64,000 bases of DNA from Amphiscolops sp. MND2022. Its lineage: Eukaryota. The translations under genes and the position numbers were made by a program. The stretch's first letter is position 1. Every line of letters begins with the position of its first letter. Shown piece by piece: positions 62,636 through 64,000 of this stretch. The notes under the pieces were generated by a model. The model was not told where the DNA came from, did no database searches, and saw nothing but the letters and a program-made list of their open reading frames with translations. The DNA lies in assembly GCA_964187785.1 (NCBI GenBank), contig OZ076409.1, forward strand, positions 14,076,001-14,140,000, read 5' to 3'.

Positions 62636-64000
62636 TTGGGACTCAATTGACGCTTTTTGCATTTGGGACTCAAATTGTTTTGGGACTCAATCGTTGCCTC
62701 ACCGTTCAAGATGATCTTTGTTCAGTCAAAGAAAATGCCGTCAAATATTTACATAATCAAGGGTTGCGGGAGAACTGGGAAAGTACCCACTTTTTGGGTT
62801 TAGGTTCCAGTTATTCCAGAAAACTGTTCAATTTTTTCATACATTCAAAACTATTTTTCTAGTTCACTTAGTCAAATGCTGGAATCAGCTGTGGGGTTGT
62901 TTCTCATTTCAGACGGTGCTGCAAAAATTTAAAAGTAGACAGCTCTAAATTTTTTTTCTCGCCAACAGCAAAAGGCGAAACAGACTTTGACTGTTTTCAC
63001 TGTTGAGACAACCATCTTTATTCTCCGCTTCATGTTGGCAAACAACTGTGAAAATGTCAACATATCCAAGGAGTCAACATTTTCCGTTATTTTTTGAGGA
63101 AATTAATTGTTATGCCTGCCCTGCAAAATGGAGACTTCAAAATCAGAGTGAGAAACATTGAGCAATGAAAGATAAATAGTAATCAAAGCGAACTGTTTTT
63201 TTTTCAGTATTTAATCCCTTTCCAAGTATCAACCAAATATCCCAACTTTGAATTAAAAATCAAGTGAAAAGTGGTATTTTCTGTGTATTTGTGTTCTCAT
63301 TTTGTTGCAAAAAATGCGGTCCAGTTTTTCAATGAATTGATTACTTTGAGCTATAGTTTTAGTAAACATTTGTGAGCATAATGCCCAATTTTCAATAACC
63401 AGTCTTATGAAAGGTTGACTTTATAAGATTAGTGAAAAACTGTTAGCCACGGTAAGAGTTAAATGAAGGAAAAGCTATTGTTTGTGTCCAACAGAACCTC
63501 GGACGTTTATCATCTTAATAAACTTTACGCAACAATGAACATAAGGTGTGACTTCACATTTTTCCAAAAATTTTGACTCTAGAAAAATAGGATTACTAGA
63601 AGTAAAAGCATTTGAAAATTGGCTGTAAAAACTAGCAATTGGTACAATCAATATTATATGGGATTATCTGTGGAATAGAAAATTAATTCCCTGTTTTCCC
63701 AATATTTCGTTTCCTCAATTTTAATCCACATTGATCAGATTTTGCATCATCATTATGGAAATCGTGCGTGGGTTTGAAAACCAATAATGTACGTTAACAA
63801 AAATTAACAAAAAAGAGGAAAATTGGATTATTTTGACTTCTCACAGGAATCGCAGTGGTCAATTCCGCTTTCGCTTCCTTAGACTTTTAAAATATCAGAG
63901 GCTTCAATTAAAGTATATTTTGTCCATTTCCTCACCGAGTCTTTACAAACAATCTTTTAAAGATTAAAATAACCATTTAAGGTATCCTTTCTGCCGCAAA

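Larger units (their letters stand above)
61090..62704. mobile_element. Foldback-like MITE(s) with tandem GGGACTCAATTG subterminal repeats, interrupted by nested insertions
   Basis: ATTGAGTCCC units at 61093-61185 are inverted to GGGACTCAAT units at 61405-61443 and 62636-62692. Confidence 0.7.

Overview
AT-rich, intron-containing animal (probably invertebrate) genomic DNA; no prokaryotic features, rRNA, intact tRNA or CRISPR array were found. The only well-supported host gene is the 3' part of a + strand cadherin-superfamily (protocadherin-like) gene: six frame-consistent exons at 20127-31670 encoding about 3 cadherin repeats, a transmembrane helix and a low-complexity tail, with one probable GC-AG intron. 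The rest is dense in transposable elements. There is a full-length Ty3/Gypsy (Mag-like) LTR retrotransposon (4815-10658, - strand) with identical 182-bp LTRs, a CTCAG TSD, a tRNA-Ser-type PBS and one gag-pol frame broken by a TAG in the first zinc knuckle. There is also a decayed CR1/L2-group LINE (~40110-43058) and two families of non-autonomous Helentron-type (HINE/DINE-1-like) rolling-circle elements with covarying 3' hairpins and shuffled internal modules. The remaining features are pogo/Tc1-like, piggyBac-like and tandem-TIR MITEs, a three-layer nested insertion, a ~185-bp tandem array and two nearly spacerless palindromes (294 and 105 bp). No clearly new biological system can be established from sequence alone; the most promising leads are the HINE architecture, the atypical Gypsy pol and the long palindromes. 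All comparisons were made by eye, and boundaries of degenerate repeats are approximate.
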